In this document: positions 63,637-64,000 of the stretch, piece by piece | Numbering within the stretch: position 1 is the first letter of the stretch | Layout of the letters: every line of letters starts with the position of its first letter | DNA from: Asterias rubens | Lineage: Eukaryota | Direction: 5' to 3' | Assembly (NCBI RefSeq): GCF_902459465.1 | Contig: NC_047064.1 | Coordinates: forward strand, 11,470,001-11,534,000 | DNA length: 64,000 bases | Made by a program: the position numbers and the translations under genes | The notes under the pieces: generated by a model | Databases searched by the model: none | Told to the model about the DNA's origin: nothing | The model's input: the letters and a program-made list of their open reading frames with translations, nothing else

Positions 63637-64000
63637 GTTAATATTAAACAAATGATGGAATAAAAGTTTTGTATTCATGCAAAAGATAGAATATTTATAA
63701 TTCATGGAAAGATTGTTTATCAAATTGGCTTGAATATTGCATATTTCATATACCATGCCGGATATGTGGCAGAGGGTGTCTCCCCGACCACCAGCACCCC
63801 CCTCCCCCCAAAAAAGAGGGGAAATGTTCCGATACTTTTACACTCTTTTTCTCTTGTACCGAAACAGCGCCCCCCCCCCCCCCCCAAAGGATTTGTTTCT
63901 CACAATGGGACTCGTAAACAATCATTAGTTATTTTTTAACATTTAATTCTCCTGTAAAGTAGTTATCATTTACTGTTCATTTGAGGTTCCTCCAATAATG

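Noticed and set aside
60049-64000. Next E-protein exon (IYSPD-type) and bHLH domain
   Set aside because: Not found in the remaining sequence; presumed downstream of the window.

Overview
AT-rich, CpG-depleted, intron-dominated animal DNA, probably echinoderm (sea star-like; inferred from the repeat families, not verified). The only supported protein-coding gene is the N-terminal and middle part of a class I bHLH E-protein gene (invertebrate counterpart of TCF3/TCF4/TCF12, daughterless) on the + strand. Nine canonical GT-AG coding exons between 20126 and 60048 chain in frame to about 316 codons and match TCF12/TCF4 motifs and, as I recall them, intron positions (bipartite NLS, YPSPKPP, DPWSSNG, SLPSMTSF, SQTGDTLGKALAS). 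The AD1 exons lie upstream of the window and the rest of AD2 plus the bHLH lie downstream. Almost all ORFs in the supplied track are chance or tandem-repeat ORFs. The introns hold TTAA-flanked T2/Kolobok-type MITEs, a group of asymmetric terminal-hairpin elements, a 2.5-kb long-TIR element with a 9-bp TSD, L2 and RLE-type LINE relics, several minisatellites and a 266-nt assembly gap. The best leads are candidate alternative first exons, the shared architecture of the hairpin elements, and local templated duplications. I see no evidence for a wholly new protein-coding system.
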